Positions 1 through 9,129 of a stretch of 32,000 nucleotides of DNA are shown one piece after another. The translations under genes were made by a program, and so were the position numbers. The DNA lies in assembly GCF_000007185.1 (NCBI RefSeq), contig NC_003551.1, positions 360,001 to 392,000 of the forward strand, in the 5' to 3' direction. The notes under the pieces were generated by a model. The model saw only the letters and a list, made by a program, of their open reading frames with translations. It had not been told where the DNA came from and did not search any database. Position 1 is the first letter of the stretch. The number at the start of each line of letters is the position of its first letter. Source of the stretch: Methanopyrus kandleri AV19. Lineage in GTDB: Archaea; JAADCQ01; Methanopyri; Methanopyrales; Methanopyraceae.

Positions 1-552
1 CACCTGGCCCAACTCATGGACAACGAAGGCACGTTGATAGCCATCGACGTGGACCCGGACCGCATGCGGGCGTTGAAGAGCAACCTAGCCAGATGCGGTG
101 TCGCCAACGCGGTGGCCCTCCGTATGAACGCCCTCGACTTGCCGAGCACCGACTGGGAGTTCGATCGAATCCTTCTCGACGCGCCGTGCACCGGGGAGGG
201 AACTATCCACAAAGACCCTTCTAGGAAGACTAGCCGCGATCCGGAGGACATCGCCACGTGTGCCAGGTTACAGCGCCGCTTGATAGACGCGGTCGTAGAT
301 GTGTTGAGACCAGGCGGTGTGCTGGTCTACTCCACCTGCACATTCTCGCCCGAAGAGAACGAGCTGATAGTGCAATACGCCGTAGATGAACACGGACTGG
401 AGCCGGAGCCCGTGGACGTGGGGTGGGCGGACAGGGGACTACGCGTGCCGGGGGTCGAGCCGAAGGTGCGACGGACGTGCGCCCGGCTGTATCCCCACAG
501 ACACGGTATGGGGATCTTTTTCGTCGCTAGATTACGGAAGCCCCTCAGCTAA
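1..552 (+). CDS. NOL1/NOP2/Sun-family RNA m5C methyltransferase, C-terminal part (truncated by window start)
   Basis: Frame is open through position 1. Motifs DAPCTGEGTIHKDP and LVYSTCTFSPEENE are the motif IV (PC) and motif VI (TC) signatures of the family. Confidence 0.92.
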   Translation, partial: HLAQLMDNEGTLIAIDVDPDRMRALKSNLARCGVANAVALRMNALDLPSTDWEFDRILLDAPCTGEGTIHKDPSRKTSRDPEDIATCARLQRRLIDAVVDVLRPGGVLVYSTCTFSPEENELIVQYAVDEHGLEPEPVDVGWADRGLRVPGVEPKVRRTCARLYPHRHGMGIFFVARLRKPLS

Positions 553-612
553 GGCCCCATCGATCACCCATTAATAGCTCACCAAGGGATTCCTTCGTCA
601 TCGGGGCGCGCA

Positions 613-1065
613 TTGGGAGCATTGGAGGAGTTCGAGTGGAAGCTCGCCGAACACGATGTTCCTATTCCCGTCCGTCAGGACGCTGTGGCGCTGTACCGTG
701 TGTTACTGGAGACGGTTCGAATTTGGGGGATAGAGAGGGAGGAAGGCGTTCGGGAGAGTAGAAGCGAAGTCCGCGCACGGATCAGCTGTGAGGGACTCGA
801 TTGCGCCGTCCTCACGAAGGTGGGTGAAGATCGGCCACAACTTCTCCTGAGAACTGTCTTGGGTCCGAGGTTGCTCGCGGAAGTGTTCGAGCGGGCACAC
901 GAGAGCGGCGTCAGATCCTTCCACTTCGACCTTCAGGGGCGAGGATTGCGGGTAGAGGGCGAGTACGACGTGGGCATCGTTCAGATCAAGGTCGTCGGCG
1001 GGGGAGCGGGGTGGGAGCTGCTGGAGGATTTAGAGAAGAGGGGGTTCTCTGTAACTGGGTTATAG
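613..1065 (+). CDS. Hypothetical protein
   Basis: 150 aa ORF with a TTG start at 613 (alternative TTG at 622); no recognised family. Confidence 0.6.
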   Translation: MGALEEFEWKLAEHDVPIPVRQDAVALYRVLLETVRIWGIEREEGVRESRSEVRARISCEGLDCAVLTKVGEDRPQLLLRTVLGPRLLAEVFERAHESGVRSFHFDLQGRGLRVEGEYDVGIVQIKVVGGGAGWELLEDLEKRGFSVTGL

Positions 1066-1115
1066 TCGGTCGGCAAAGGGAGAGTTCCTCACACGTTCGG
1101 ATAGCGGGGACCTCC

Positions 1116-2186
1116 TCATCCCGATGCGACGAGCTCCTCACAGAGGTCGATGAACCGTTCCCGAGCGTTGCCCCCGAAGAGTTCCTTACCTCTCTCCCCC
1201 ATACGCTTCAGGTCTTCGGGATCGATGCTCAGGGCTCGACTCACGGCTTTTACGACCTCTTCGGGGTTAGAAGCGTCTTCGGCTGCCACCGCAACACCGC
1301 GTTTCTCCAACTTCTTAGCGGTAACGTATTGATGGTCCCTGAGCACGTCCCTCCTGGGCAGAACCACCACCGGCTTCCCCAGCGCGGCGGCCTCCACGGG
1401 AGTGGCTCCCCCTAGGCACACGACGAGATCGGCTGCCTTCAACAGGGCCGGAAAATCGTGGAAGAAGCGCTTCACCACGATCCCAGAACACAGTCCATTC
1501 AGCGCTCGTTTCAAGCGCTTGGGATCCATGGCGTTCCCCGTGTTCACGACCACTTCCCAATCCCTAAGTAGCCCCTCTTCGGCGCACCTGACGAGCCCCT
1601 CCAGAGCGGGCTTGTAGCCGGCCGAGCCCGTAGTCCACACGAGTACTCGATCTCCCAGGTCGTACTTCTCCCGGGCCTCCTCCGGATCGGCCTCCTCGAA
1701 GCTCCGAGGCAACACGATACCGACGTTGATCACCCGATCGCCGTAGTACTCGGCCATATCCTCATCCCAGACTCCGATGATGTCTGCGCACAACTTCGCG
1801 ACCTTACCCGAGACGGAGACTACGTCGGTCGGCTCGTAATGTGCCACGGGTAATCGCTTGAACTTCCCGGCGATCATCGGCCCGATAGCCACACCGGCCC
1901 CCGTGGACAGGATTAGATCGGGCCGCACGTCACGGAGTACTTTGGAAGCCGCTAGGTAGTTCTTCAGCCCGCCCAGAGCGGCCTTCCAGGAGGTATCACC
2001 CATCCTCCTGGGTCTCGGCAGACCTACGTACTCTTCGAAGCCCGCCTTCTTGAGCCGTTCTACGGCCTGATCGGAGTCTTCATTGACGGCGAACGTCACG
2101 TCATGTCCTCGATCGGATAACTCCTCGGCGAGGGCGAGTGCCCTCGTGAGATGTCCGCCATCCCCTGAAGCTATTAACACGTGCAC
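1116..2186 (-). CDS. MurG-like glycosyltransferase (GT28 / UDP-GlcNAc transferase type)
   Basis: N-terminal MHVLIASGDGGHLTRALALAEEL, central WTTGSAGYKPALEGL and C-terminal KAADLVVCLGGATPVEAAALGKPVVVLP match GT28/MurG architecture. Confidence 0.8.
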   Translation of the reverse strand: MHVLIASGDGGHLTRALALAEELSDRGHDVTFAVNEDSDQAVERLKKAGFEEYVGLPRPRRMGDTSWKAALGGLKNYLAASKVLRDVRPDLILSTGAGVAIGPMIAGKFKRLPVAHYEPTDVVSVSGKVAKLCADIIGVWDEDMAEYYGDRVINVGIVLPRSFEEADPEEAREKYDLGDRVLVWTTGSAGYKPALEGLVRCAEEGLLRDWEVVVNTGNAMDPKRLKRALNGLCSGIVVKRFFHDFPALLKAADLVVCLGGATPVEAAALGKPVVVLPRRDVLRDHQYVTAKKLEKRGVAVAAEDASNPEEVVKAVSRALSIDPEDLKRMGERGKELFGGNARERFIDLCEELVASG

Positions 2187-2216
2187 GGACGTTCCCCCGG
2201 GGACTACCGGTTGGGA

Positions 2217-3419
2217 GTGCAGGTAGGCATAGTCGGCAAGCCGAACGTGGGTAAGAGCACGTTCTTCGCGGCTGCCACACTGTCACCCGTGGAAACTGCG
2301 GACTACCCTTTCACTACAGTCGATCCGAACCAAGGTGTCGCCCACGTCCGAACGGAATGCCCCTGTAAAGCGTTCGGTGTGGAGTGCCAGCCTCGGAACT
2401 CCTCGTGCATCGACGGCAACAGGTTCGTGCCAGTGGAGCTGATCGACGTCGCGGGACTAGTTCCTGGCGCCCACGAAGGGAGAGGGCTCGGCAACAAGTT
2501 TCTGGACGACCTCAGGCAAGCATCCGTGCTGATACATGTCGTGGATGTTTCGGGATCCACGGACGAGGAAGGTCGTCCGTGCGATCCGGGTACTAGAGAA
2601 CCTGCCGAGGACGTGAGGTTCCTGGAGCGCGAGCTGGACGAGTGGATAGCGGGCATACTGCGCAGGGACTGGGACCGGACTGCCAAGCGCGCAAGCCTGG
2701 AGAAAATCCCGGCGGCGGAAGTTCTCAGGGAACGGCTGGCGGGCATCGGGGTGTCGGCATCGGACGTCGAGAGTGCCATGGAAAGGGCGGAGGTACCGAG
2801 CGACCTCACGAAATGGTCGGACGAGGACATCCGACGGTTCGCCCGGGAAGTGCGGCGTGTCAACAAGCCGATGGTCATCGCCGCCAATAAGATCGACGTC
2901 GAGTGCGCCGAAGAGAACCTGAAGAGATTGGAAGAGGAAGTCGAGTACCCGGTGGTTCCCACGTGTGCCGAGGCGGAGCTCGCGCTCAGGCGTGCGGCCG
3001 ACCAGGGGTTGATCCGCTACCTACCGGGGGATTCAGATTTCGAGATACTGCAGGAAGAAAAGCTGAGCGACGAGCAGCTCCAGGCGCTCGAATTCATCAG
3101 GGAGAAGGTTTTGAAACGCTGGGGTTCCACCGGAGTGCAGGAGGCCCTGAATCGGGCGGTATTCGATGTGGCTAAGATGATCGTAGTGTACCCGGTAGAG
3201 AACGAGAACAAGTTGTCGGACTCCGAAGGCAGGGTACTGCCGGATGCACTGCTCCTCCCGGAAGGTACTATGGTACGCGAATTGGCCTATAACATCCACA
3301 CCGAAATCGGGGAGAGTTTTAATAGAGCCATCTTAGTGAAACCCGACGGGAGCCGTGAGGTAGTTGGTGAAGATCACGAGTTGGAACATGGAGATGTTGT
3401 CAAGATTCAGACGTCCTGA
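2217..3419 (+). CDS. Archaeal YchF/Obg-like redox-regulated GTPase/ATPase
   Basis: GKPNVGKST P-loop, VELIDVAGLVPGAHEGRGLGNKFLDDLR switch region, NKID and C-terminal TGS-like domain. GTG at 2217 preferred over the 2181 ORF start because homology begins at QVGIVGKPNVGKS. Confidence 0.92.
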   Translation: MQVGIVGKPNVGKSTFFAAATLSPVETADYPFTTVDPNQGVAHVRTECPCKAFGVECQPRNSSCIDGNRFVPVELIDVAGLVPGAHEGRGLGNKFLDDLRQASVLIHVVDVSGSTDEEGRPCDPGTREPAEDVRFLERELDEWIAGILRRDWDRTAKRASLEKIPAAEVLRERLAGIGVSASDVESAMERAEVPSDLTKWSDEDIRRFAREVRRVNKPMVIAANKIDVECAEENLKRLEEEVEYPVVPTCAEAELALRRAADQGLIRYLPGDSDFEILQEEKLSDEQLQALEFIREKVLKRWGSTGVQEALNRAVFDVAKMIVVYPVENENKLSDSEGRVLPDALLLPEGTMVRELAYNIHTEIGESFNRAILVKPDGSREVVGEDHELEHGDVVKIQTS

Positions 3420-3446
3420 CCCCGCCCCTAAGGGGGTGAACATGCT

Positions 3447-3887
3447 TTGAGAATCCTCGCGCTAATATTGCTGCTATCGCTCCCCCTCACCCCCGCACTC
3501 GCGGAACCCACACCCTCCGCGGGGTACTCTAGCCCTTCAGAGCAACCCGCTCAGGAGGAAGTGAAGACCGAGGAGCAAATGGTCGAAACCAGCAACGTAC
3601 CTCCCAGCGAAGCTGTACGCCCATCAACCCCTGAACGGGAAAAGGAAGTCACAACCACGACCTCAGCGGCTGGTAGTTCCGAGACCCCCGAGATAACAAA
3701 GTCGGAGAAGACGAATGAGAAGAAGGAGAACCGCGTGGTCAACCTCCGCGAACCGAACCCCGTGGAGAAAAAGAATAATGCGAACGTTACGATGCTTATG
3801 GGCATCCTGGCCGCGTCGGCGTTAGGCGCGTATAGTATCGCGAAGAGAAAGAGGAGAGAAGCGCTCGTCAAGGTTCCCGCAGCATGA
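3447..3887 (+). CDS. Secreted or membrane-anchored low-complexity protein
   Basis: N-terminal signal-peptide-like MRILALILLLSLPLTPALA, a Thr/Ser/Glu/Pro-rich linker, then a C-terminal hydrophobic helix followed by KRKRR. GGGGGTGA Shine-Dalgarno-like sequence at 3432-3439 upstream of the TTG start. Confidence 0.7.
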   Translation: MRILALILLLSLPLTPALAEPTPSAGYSSPSEQPAQEEVKTEEQMVETSNVPPSEAVRPSTPEREKEVTTTTSAAGSSETPEITKSEKTNEKKENRVVNLREPNPVEKKNNANVTMLMGILAASALGAYSIAKRKRREALVKVPAA

Positions 3888-4116
3888 TCCTGTCGGCCTC
3901 CTTAATGGCAGCTTCCGCCGCGCGCTCAACTGCCTCTTTAATCTCCTCGTCGGAAAGTTCGCTCAGCGGGTGTACCTCCACCTTAACGTCTACGTCCACG
4001 GACTTGCCGTCCACCGTCACCGTTACGTCAACGTCCTCCAAGTCACGCTTCGGAATCCTGCGATAGAGCTCCCGGAGAGCTGCTTCGTGGATGCGTTCGA
4101 TGTCTTCGAGCTTCAG
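3868..4116 (-). CDS. DUF3194-like small archaeal protein (missed by the ORF track)
   Basis: Manual translation from the minus strand: LKLEDIERIHEAALRELYRRIPKRDLEDVDVTVTVDGKSVDVDVKVEVHPLSELSDEEIKEAVERAAEAAIKEADRIMLREP*. It directly follows the prefoldin beta stop. No ATG/GTG/TTG start found near the start of homology; CTG at 4116 is a candidate. Confidence 0.7.
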   Translation of the reverse strand: MKLEDIERIHEAALRELYRRIPKRDLEDVDVTVTVDGKSVDVDVKVEVHPLSELSDEEIKEAVERAAEAAIKEADRIMLREP

Positions 4117-4475
4117 GCCGCTCCGGCCCCGCCACCTCCCTCGGCCTGCTGAAGAGCCTTCTGGAGCCTCTTCTGGAGGTTCTCGATCTGCTGCTGGAGG
4201 CGTTTTTCTTGCTTCTCTAGTGTTTTTACCCTTAGCTCCAGTGTTTCTTTTCTGTCCTCGAGCTCTTCCTTCACCTCATCACGGTCAGCTTCTATCAGCA
4301 AGCCACCAACAGTTTTGTATACCTTGGTATCTTCCTCGATTTCGTCGAGTTCCTTCAGGGCCCTTTCGATCTCCCTAAGCTGCAGCTCCAGCTGCTGCTT
4401 TTGCGCGACGATGGAGCTCAACTGCTGCTGAAGCTGCTGGAGCTGAGCCACCTGCTGCTCCACATTCTGCGCCAT
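4113..4475 (-). CDS. pfdB: Prefoldin subunit beta
   Basis: 120 aa coiled-coil protein (MAQNVEQQVAQLQQLQQQLSSIVAQKQQLELQLREIERALKELDE ... DTKVYKTVGGLLIEADRDEVKEELEDRKETLELRVKTLEKQEKRL), classic prefoldin beta. Confidence 0.95.
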   Translation of the reverse strand: MAQNVEQQVAQLQQLQQQLSSIVAQKQQLELQLREIERALKELDEIEEDTKVYKTVGGLLIEADRDEVKEELEDRKETLELRVKTLEKQEKRLQQQIENLQKRLQKALQQAEGGGGAGAA

Positions 4476-4727
4476 CTACACGTCCCCCAGAACCGTCGTG
4501 ATGACCCGCTCTGAGAGCGCGAGGAGACGGAACACTCCGGAGGCTGATGCTCGGAGTGCCGACACGTCTTCCGCCCGGATCTCTATTTGTATGTTGTTAC
4601 CGCGGCGGTCGATATCCACCCGGGATCGCCGTGCCGGCATGAGTTTAACGTCCGGTAACACCGATTCGTAGACCACTCTGGCGACTCGTTCCGATTTGAG
4701 CTCGGCCTCACATCGAAGCGCGTGCAC
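4476..4727 (-). CDS. pcc1: KEOPS complex subunit Pcc1-like protein
   Basis: 83 aa with C-terminal SALRASASGVFRLLALSERVI, plus conserved position next to prefoldin beta and Brix genes. Confidence 0.8.
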   Translation of the reverse strand: MHALRCEAELKSERVARVVYESVLPDVKLMPARRSRVDIDRRGNNIQIEIRAEDVSALRASASGVFRLLALSERVITTVLGDV

Positions 4728-4742
4728 GGTCCCACCCTCGTG

Positions 4743-5321
4743 TTATAACTTCATCCTCTCGTCCTTGGTGCGGAAATCCCGGTAGAACAGGGACGGTCCG
4801 ACCTTCTCGGTGCGACGGTAGAAGGTAAGGGTCCCTAAGTGACGAGGATGGCCTTCGACCACCAACAGCACGTCGGCTAGGGCCTCCTCAAGTACATCCT
4901 CCAAGGAGCCCGCTCGGGGAACGAATTCTACTCCGAGGACTTCGGACAGCGACTCCGCGACCTTCATGTGACCGGAAACTGGGCGTTTCGACGTCGTGAT
5001 CACCAGATCACCTGAAAGATCAACCCTATTCCCGAAGAGCTCACGCTGTAGCTTGACACCACCTAGCCAGAATGATAATCGTAACCTGGGTGGGATCTCT
5101 CCGAGATCTATTACATGGAGTCGGGCGGGGTTGCCTTTGGCTTCCGTCACGTAGAACAGGACTTCAGCACCAGATTCTAGTGCTTCCAGTACGGTGTCCC
5201 GGAGGTTCTTCGTACCCCTCAGAACGTAAGTAGCATCGGGTAGTGCGCACTCCAGGTCACGACATAGCGAGCGCGTGCGACGAGCGGGACGCTGTGAGGT
5301 GGTGATGGCCGCCGGTCTCAA
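4743..5321 (-). CDS. Brix-domain ribosome biogenesis protein
   Basis: ITTSQRPARRTRSLCRDLECALPDATYVLRGTKNLRDTVLEA and LVVEGHPRHLGTLTFYR match archaeal Brix/Imp4-like proteins; conserved neighbourhood. Confidence 0.85.
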   Translation of the reverse strand: MRPAAITTSQRPARRTRSLCRDLECALPDATYVLRGTKNLRDTVLEALESGAEVLFYVTEAKGNPARLHVIDLGEIPPRLRLSFWLGGVKLQRELFGNRVDLSGDLVITTSKRPVSGHMKVAESLSEVLGVEFVPRAGSLEDVLEEALADVLLVVEGHPRHLGTLTFYRRTEKVGPSLFYRDFRTKDERMKL

Positions 5322-5473
5322 CGAGCTTTATACCTCCTGGGCACGGGGTGCCGGGGCTTCATCACCAGTCTGAAACCACAGTGGGTGCAGCGAATGGGGT
5401 CTTCGTTGATGTCCAACCTGACTTTCTTACCACACCTCATGCAGATGTATTCGTACTTCTCTTCCTCGTACAT
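5318..5473 (-). CDS. rpoP: DNA-directed RNA polymerase subunit P (RPB12-like; missed by the ORF track)
   Basis: Manual minus-strand translation: MYEEEKYEYICMRCGKKVRLDINEDPIRCTHCGFRLVMKPRHPVPRRYKAR*. CxxC...CxxC zinc ribbon of RpoP, located between L37Ae and Brix genes. Confidence 0.93.
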   Translation of the reverse strand: MYEEEKYEYICMRCGKKVRLDINEDPIRCTHCGFRLVMKPRHPVPRRYKAR

Positions 5474-5475
5474 GG

Positions 5476-5745
5476 TCACTTCTCCTCCAACGCCTTCCGA
5501 ATAGCGCGCCTGACGATCCTCTGAGCTTCAGTCTCGGGATAGTAGGCTCCTCCTGTGAACTCCGCACCGCACTTAGTGCATCTCCAAATACCGGTACCGA
5601 CTCTCTTCACGGCCCGCTTGTGACACACGGGACACTCGTGTTTTTGTCGCTGGACCGATTCGATCTCCGCGACACGACGTCGGATCCGCATTCCGTACCT
5701 GGGTCCGAAGCGTCCCGCTGGACCGACCTTCTTCGTACGACCCAC
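5476..5745 (-). CDS. rpl37ae: 50S ribosomal protein L37Ae (eL43)
   Basis: [29 protein letters not shown]...[31 protein letters not shown]. Confidence 0.95.
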   Translation of the reverse strand: MGRTKKVGPAGRFGPRYGMRIRRRVAEIESVQRQKHECPVCHKRAVKRVGTGIWRCTKCGAEFTGGAYYPETEAQRIVRRAIRKALEEK

Positions 5746-5801
5746 CGTCCTGCACCCCCCGCGCGCAGGCCCTTTGACCCCTATAAGGTTTGGGGAGTGG
5801 G

Positions 5802-6605
5802 TTACAGTTGAGCCTTGACGGTGCGTCGGACTTCTTCCGCCTTCTTCGTGGCTAGGTCGATAGCGTCCTCCAGTAGATGCTCGGGAAAATCCCCAAGCTC
5901 TCCCTTCTGAACCGCGCAGACTTCTCCACTTTCGGTGACGGTTACTGTCAGCCTGGTGTCCATGATGACCTCCTCCTCAAGACAGGGGTCGACGAGCAGG
6001 TACTCACCGACTTTAGCGATAGTAACGGAGATGGGAAAGTCGTTGATAGCGAGCGGTTCGGTATCTTCCTCCATAACTTCAACCTCATCGTCCACGACTT
6101 CGGCTTTTGGCACCTCGGTGATGGAGAGTGCGGAAACCGAGCCGATCATGGAGGCGTCGAACAAGTTCCCGTCGTGGTCCAGTACGTGGATGTCTACGAA
6201 GGTGACCCAGCAGTGCTCACCTTCCTCTATGCAGAGCTCCTCAAGATCTATCATCTCGGACTCGCGGATCCCCCTGTCTACGACACGAGAGAGCTCGATC
6301 GCGTTTTCATCCGGAGGACCAGGTTCGAAGGATGGGTCGGCGAGCGGAACGAGTTCCGCGTTGACCGCCAGGGCTCCTTCGTTAGGTGAATCGGGGTAAG
6401 GGCGACCCACCTCCAGCTTCACACCGACGACCAGCTGGGTGTTCCCGAGACGGACCAAGGCCGACCCGTTCGCTTTGGAGATGACCCCGGCACGTACCTC
6501 GATGGGACGAAACTCTTCGAAATCACGCCCGTCGATCCTCTCTCCGGCCCTGATAGCGGCGAGTACCTCATGACGTTTAATACGGGCTAGCAGGTCCAGG
6601 TCCAC
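5802..6605 (-). CDS. rrp42: Archaeal exosome complex protein Rrp42
   Basis: RNase PH-fold protein ([56 protein letters not shown]), adjacent to Rrp41. Confidence 0.95.
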   Translation of the reverse strand: MDLDLLARIKRHEVLAAIRAGERIDGRDFEEFRPIEVRAGVISKANGSALVRLGNTQLVVGVKLEVGRPYPDSPNEGALAVNAELVPLADPSFEPGPPDENAIELSRVVDRGIRESEMIDLEELCIEEGEHCWVTFVDIHVLDHDGNLFDASMIGSVSALSITEVPKAEVVDDEVEVMEEDTEPLAINDFPISVTIAKVGEYLLVDPCLEEEVIMDTRLTVTVTESGEVCAVQKGELGDFPEHLLEDAIDLATKKAEEVRRTVKAQL

Positions 6606-6606
6606 G

Positions 6607-7341
6607 TCAGTCTCCCCCGTATTTCTCCTTTAACGCCCTGCGCTGCTCTTTGTACACTATCTTGCACCCTTTCTTGGCCAGCTTCACCGCCTGTTTGAAC
6701 TCCCCAGGCGTCATATCACCGTCCATTTGGAGCAGCGTGATCTTACCCTCTTTCGGCATCATGGCGAGCGGGACGTCAGCTTCCCCGTAACCGTCTTCGT
6801 AGTACATGGGATCCAGCACCACTTTCCCTTCGACCTTCCCCGCCGCACACGCCGCCACCAGATCGCGCATCTCGATCCCCGCGTCCGCTAGGGCAACTGA
6901 GGCCGCACTGATACCGGCACACCGTGTCCCCGCGTCTGCTTGAAGGACCTCGACGAAGATGTCGATGGCCGTTCGCGGGTAGTATTCGGTGAAGATGGCC
7001 GGCTCCAGGGCCTCTTTAGACAGCTTGGAGATCTCGATAGATCGTCTGTCCGGACCCGGCCGCTTCCTTTCGTCCACAGAAAACGGGGCCATGTTGTACC
7101 GGAACCTGACGACGGCACGGTCCGGTTTCTGCTTATGCCTGGGATGGAGCTCGCGGGGCCCGTATACCGCGGCTACTATCTTGTTGGCCCCTAACTCCAG
7201 GTAAGCCGAGCCATCAGCCCGCTTCAGTACTCCGGCTTGAATCTTCAGCGGACGCATCTCATCGGGCTTGCGACCGTCCAGCCTCAGACCGTCCTCCGAG
7301 ATCAACCGCTCTGGCCTCTCCTCCATTTTGCCGATCACCAC
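6607..7341 (-). CDS. rrp41: Archaeal exosome complex exonuclease Rrp41
   Basis: [50 protein letters not shown]...[28 protein letters not shown]. Confidence 0.96.
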   Translation of the reverse strand: MVIGKMEERPERLISEDGLRLDGRKPDEMRPLKIQAGVLKRADGSAYLELGANKIVAAVYGPRELHPRHKQKPDRAVVRFRYNMAPFSVDERKRPGPDRRSIEISKLSKEALEPAIFTEYYPRTAIDIFVEVLQADAGTRCAGISAASVALADAGIEMRDLVAACAAGKVEGKVVLDPMYYEDGYGEADVPLAMMPKEGKITLLQMDGDMTPGEFKQAVKLAKKGCKIVYKEQRRALKEKYGGD

Positions 7342-8054
7342 CGTGAGAGTCGTTTTAGATTCGCTTTCAACCAGTCGGTAAGACCACGGAGATGCGATCG
7401 ACGCTCGATCTCGCGGATAGCTCGTACGGCGAGGAGCTCTCGTTCTTTCTTCGGTTCCTCCCGAGCACGCACGTATATCCGTCCATTGGCGCCCACGACG
7501 ATGTCACAGCCGAGAACGCGCTTGAGCATCTTGATCATGGAACCTTTACGTCCGATCACCCTGGGGACCTTCACGGGGTCTATCTCTACGACCTGACCAC
7601 CCTGAAGTCGGCCGAGCCTCGTCGGAGCATCGTCTTCGAGCAGAGACAGTTCCACGCGTTGTACCGGATCCACCTCTCGAACGACCGCCGTTATAACATC
7701 TCCCGGCCGGTAGTACCTGGAAAGGTCGGTTTCAATGAGATCGACTTCTTCCTCAAGAGCGTTCGACACGTGAAGTATCGCCGGAAGAGGCGCACGAACG
7801 TCGATGAGCCAGCTTGAGAACTTCACCTCCTCCACGATCCCAACGACGAAATCGCCCGGAGAGGGCCTGTAGGGGCCGGCCAGCGGTATCACTCTGATCC
7901 TACGGCCGTCGATGTCGACGAGTCCGGTGACTTTAGAGTATACCTCGTCCCCACTGGTGTACGTCCCCTCGCTCGCGATCACCTGCCCTCTAGCCAACAA
8001 CTCACCGGGAGTGACGACCTGACGGTCCTCGACGTACAGCTCGAACTCGGGCAC
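7335..8054 (-). CDS. rrp4: Exosome RNA-binding cap protein Rrp4 (S1 + KH)
   Basis: [64 protein letters not shown]..., then KH-like [17 protein letters not shown]. Confidence 0.95.
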   Translation of the reverse strand: MPEFELYVEDRQVVTPGELLARGQVIASEGTYTSGDEVYSKVTGLVDIDGRRIRVIPLAGPYRPSPGDFVVGIVEEVKFSSWLIDVRAPLPAILHVSNALEEEVDLIETDLSRYYRPGDVITAVVREVDPVQRVELSLLEDDAPTRLGRLQGGQVVEIDPVKVPRVIGRKGSMIKMLKRVLGCDIVVGANGRIYVRAREEPKKERELLAVRAIREIERRSHLRGLTDWLKANLKRLSRW

Positions 8055-8061
8055 GCTTACA

Positions 8062-9129
8062 TCACCTCGGCACGTAATCCGGGAACCTTTGCACGACCTC
8101 GACTACGAGCTCGAGGGCGTGTTTCGCATCCTCGAGATCCAGCACCTCCGCCGGCGAGTGTAGGTACCTGGTCGGTATCCCCACTACACCTGTCGGAACG
8201 CCACCTCTGGTTAGGTGAATGGCCGTCGCGTCGGTGGTGCCTCCCTCACCTACCTCGAGCTGATACGGGATGTCCAGCTCCTCCGCGGTGTCTATCAGTA
8301 GCTTTCTCACCTTGGGGTGAGTGATCAGACCCCGACCACTCGCGTCGACTACCGTGATCGCCGGCCCCTTCCCGAGCTTCAGCTCCGCCTCCTTCACTCC
8401 CGGCACGTCACCGGCTACGGCAGTGTCTAGAACTACAGCACCGTCCGGGTAGACCTCGAAGGCGGACGTTTTGGCCCCCTTCAGACCCACCTCCTCCTGG
8501 ACTGTTCCCACCAGGTAAAACGTGGGGTGGTCTCCGTCGAGGTCGGCGAGACGCTCGGCCAGCGCGAGAAGAACGGCGACACCGATCTTGTCGTCGAGAC
8601 CTCGGCCGTTGACCCTCGATCCTACCAGTTCTACGAACTCTCCGGCTAGGACCCCGACATCCCCTACGCTCACGAGTTCCTCAGCCTCCTCCCTGTCTGA
8701 GGCGCCGATATCTATGAACAAGTCCTTGTGCTTGGGCACTTTCCGCCGATCCTTCGGCTCCTGGATGTGCGGAGGCTTGGTCCCGACGACCCCCGGCACC
8801 TTTTCGCCTTCGGAGTTCACGATGATCACGCGTGAGCCCGGTAAGATCCTGTCATCGATACCGCCGAGCTTCGCGAACCGTATGAACCCGTTCTTGTCGA
8901 TGGACTTGACGATGAAACCCACCTCGTCCATGTGGGCGGCTACCATCACCTCGTACTCGGAGCCTTCGATAGTACCGATCACGTTCCCTAAGGTATCTAC
9001 GTGGACATCATCACAGTACTTCTCCAGTGTGGCCTCCACGTACTCGCGGACCTCGTCCTCCCAGCCCGGTGGAGCCACACGGCCGACCAGCTCGCGTAGG
9101 TGTTCCGTGAGGGTTTCGACGGTTCCCAT
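8062..9129 (-). CDS. M42-family metallopeptidase (TET-like aminopeptidase)
   Basis: VMVAAHMDEVGFIVK, GRGLDDKIGVAVLL, TVQEEVGLKGAKTSAF and IPTRYLHSPAEVLDLEDAKHALEL match the M42 metal-binding and catalytic motifs. Confidence 0.93.
   Translation of the reverse strand: MGTVETLTEHLRELVGRVAPPGWEDEVREYVEATLEKYCDDVHVDTLGNVIGTIEGSEYEVMVAAHMDEVGFIVKSIDKNGFIRFAKLGGIDDRILPGSRVIIVNSEGEKVPGVVGTKPPHIQEPKDRRKVPKHKDLFIDIGASDREEAEELVSVGDVGVLAGEFVELVGSRVNGRGLDDKIGVAVLLALAERLADLDGDHPTFYLVGTVQEEVGLKGAKTSAFEVYPDGAVVLDTAVAGDVPGVKEAELKLGKGPAITVVDASGRGLITHPKVRKLLIDTAEELDIPYQLEVGEGGTTDATAIHLTRGGVPTGVVGIPTRYLHSPAEVLDLEDAKHALELVVEVVQRFPDYVPR

Noticed and set aside
4498-4550. Possible C/D box sRNA (GTGATGA followed by CTGA sequences)
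   Set aside because: The first CTGA is only 6 nt after the C box-like motif, no convincing D'/C' pair exists, and it is inside the confident Pcc1 coding sequence.
5877-6399. Long plus-strand ORFs (170 and 154 aa) inside rrp42
   Set aside because: Antisense shadow ORFs typical of high-GC DNA; Ser/Thr-rich translations without recognisable motifs, opposite a confident exosome gene.
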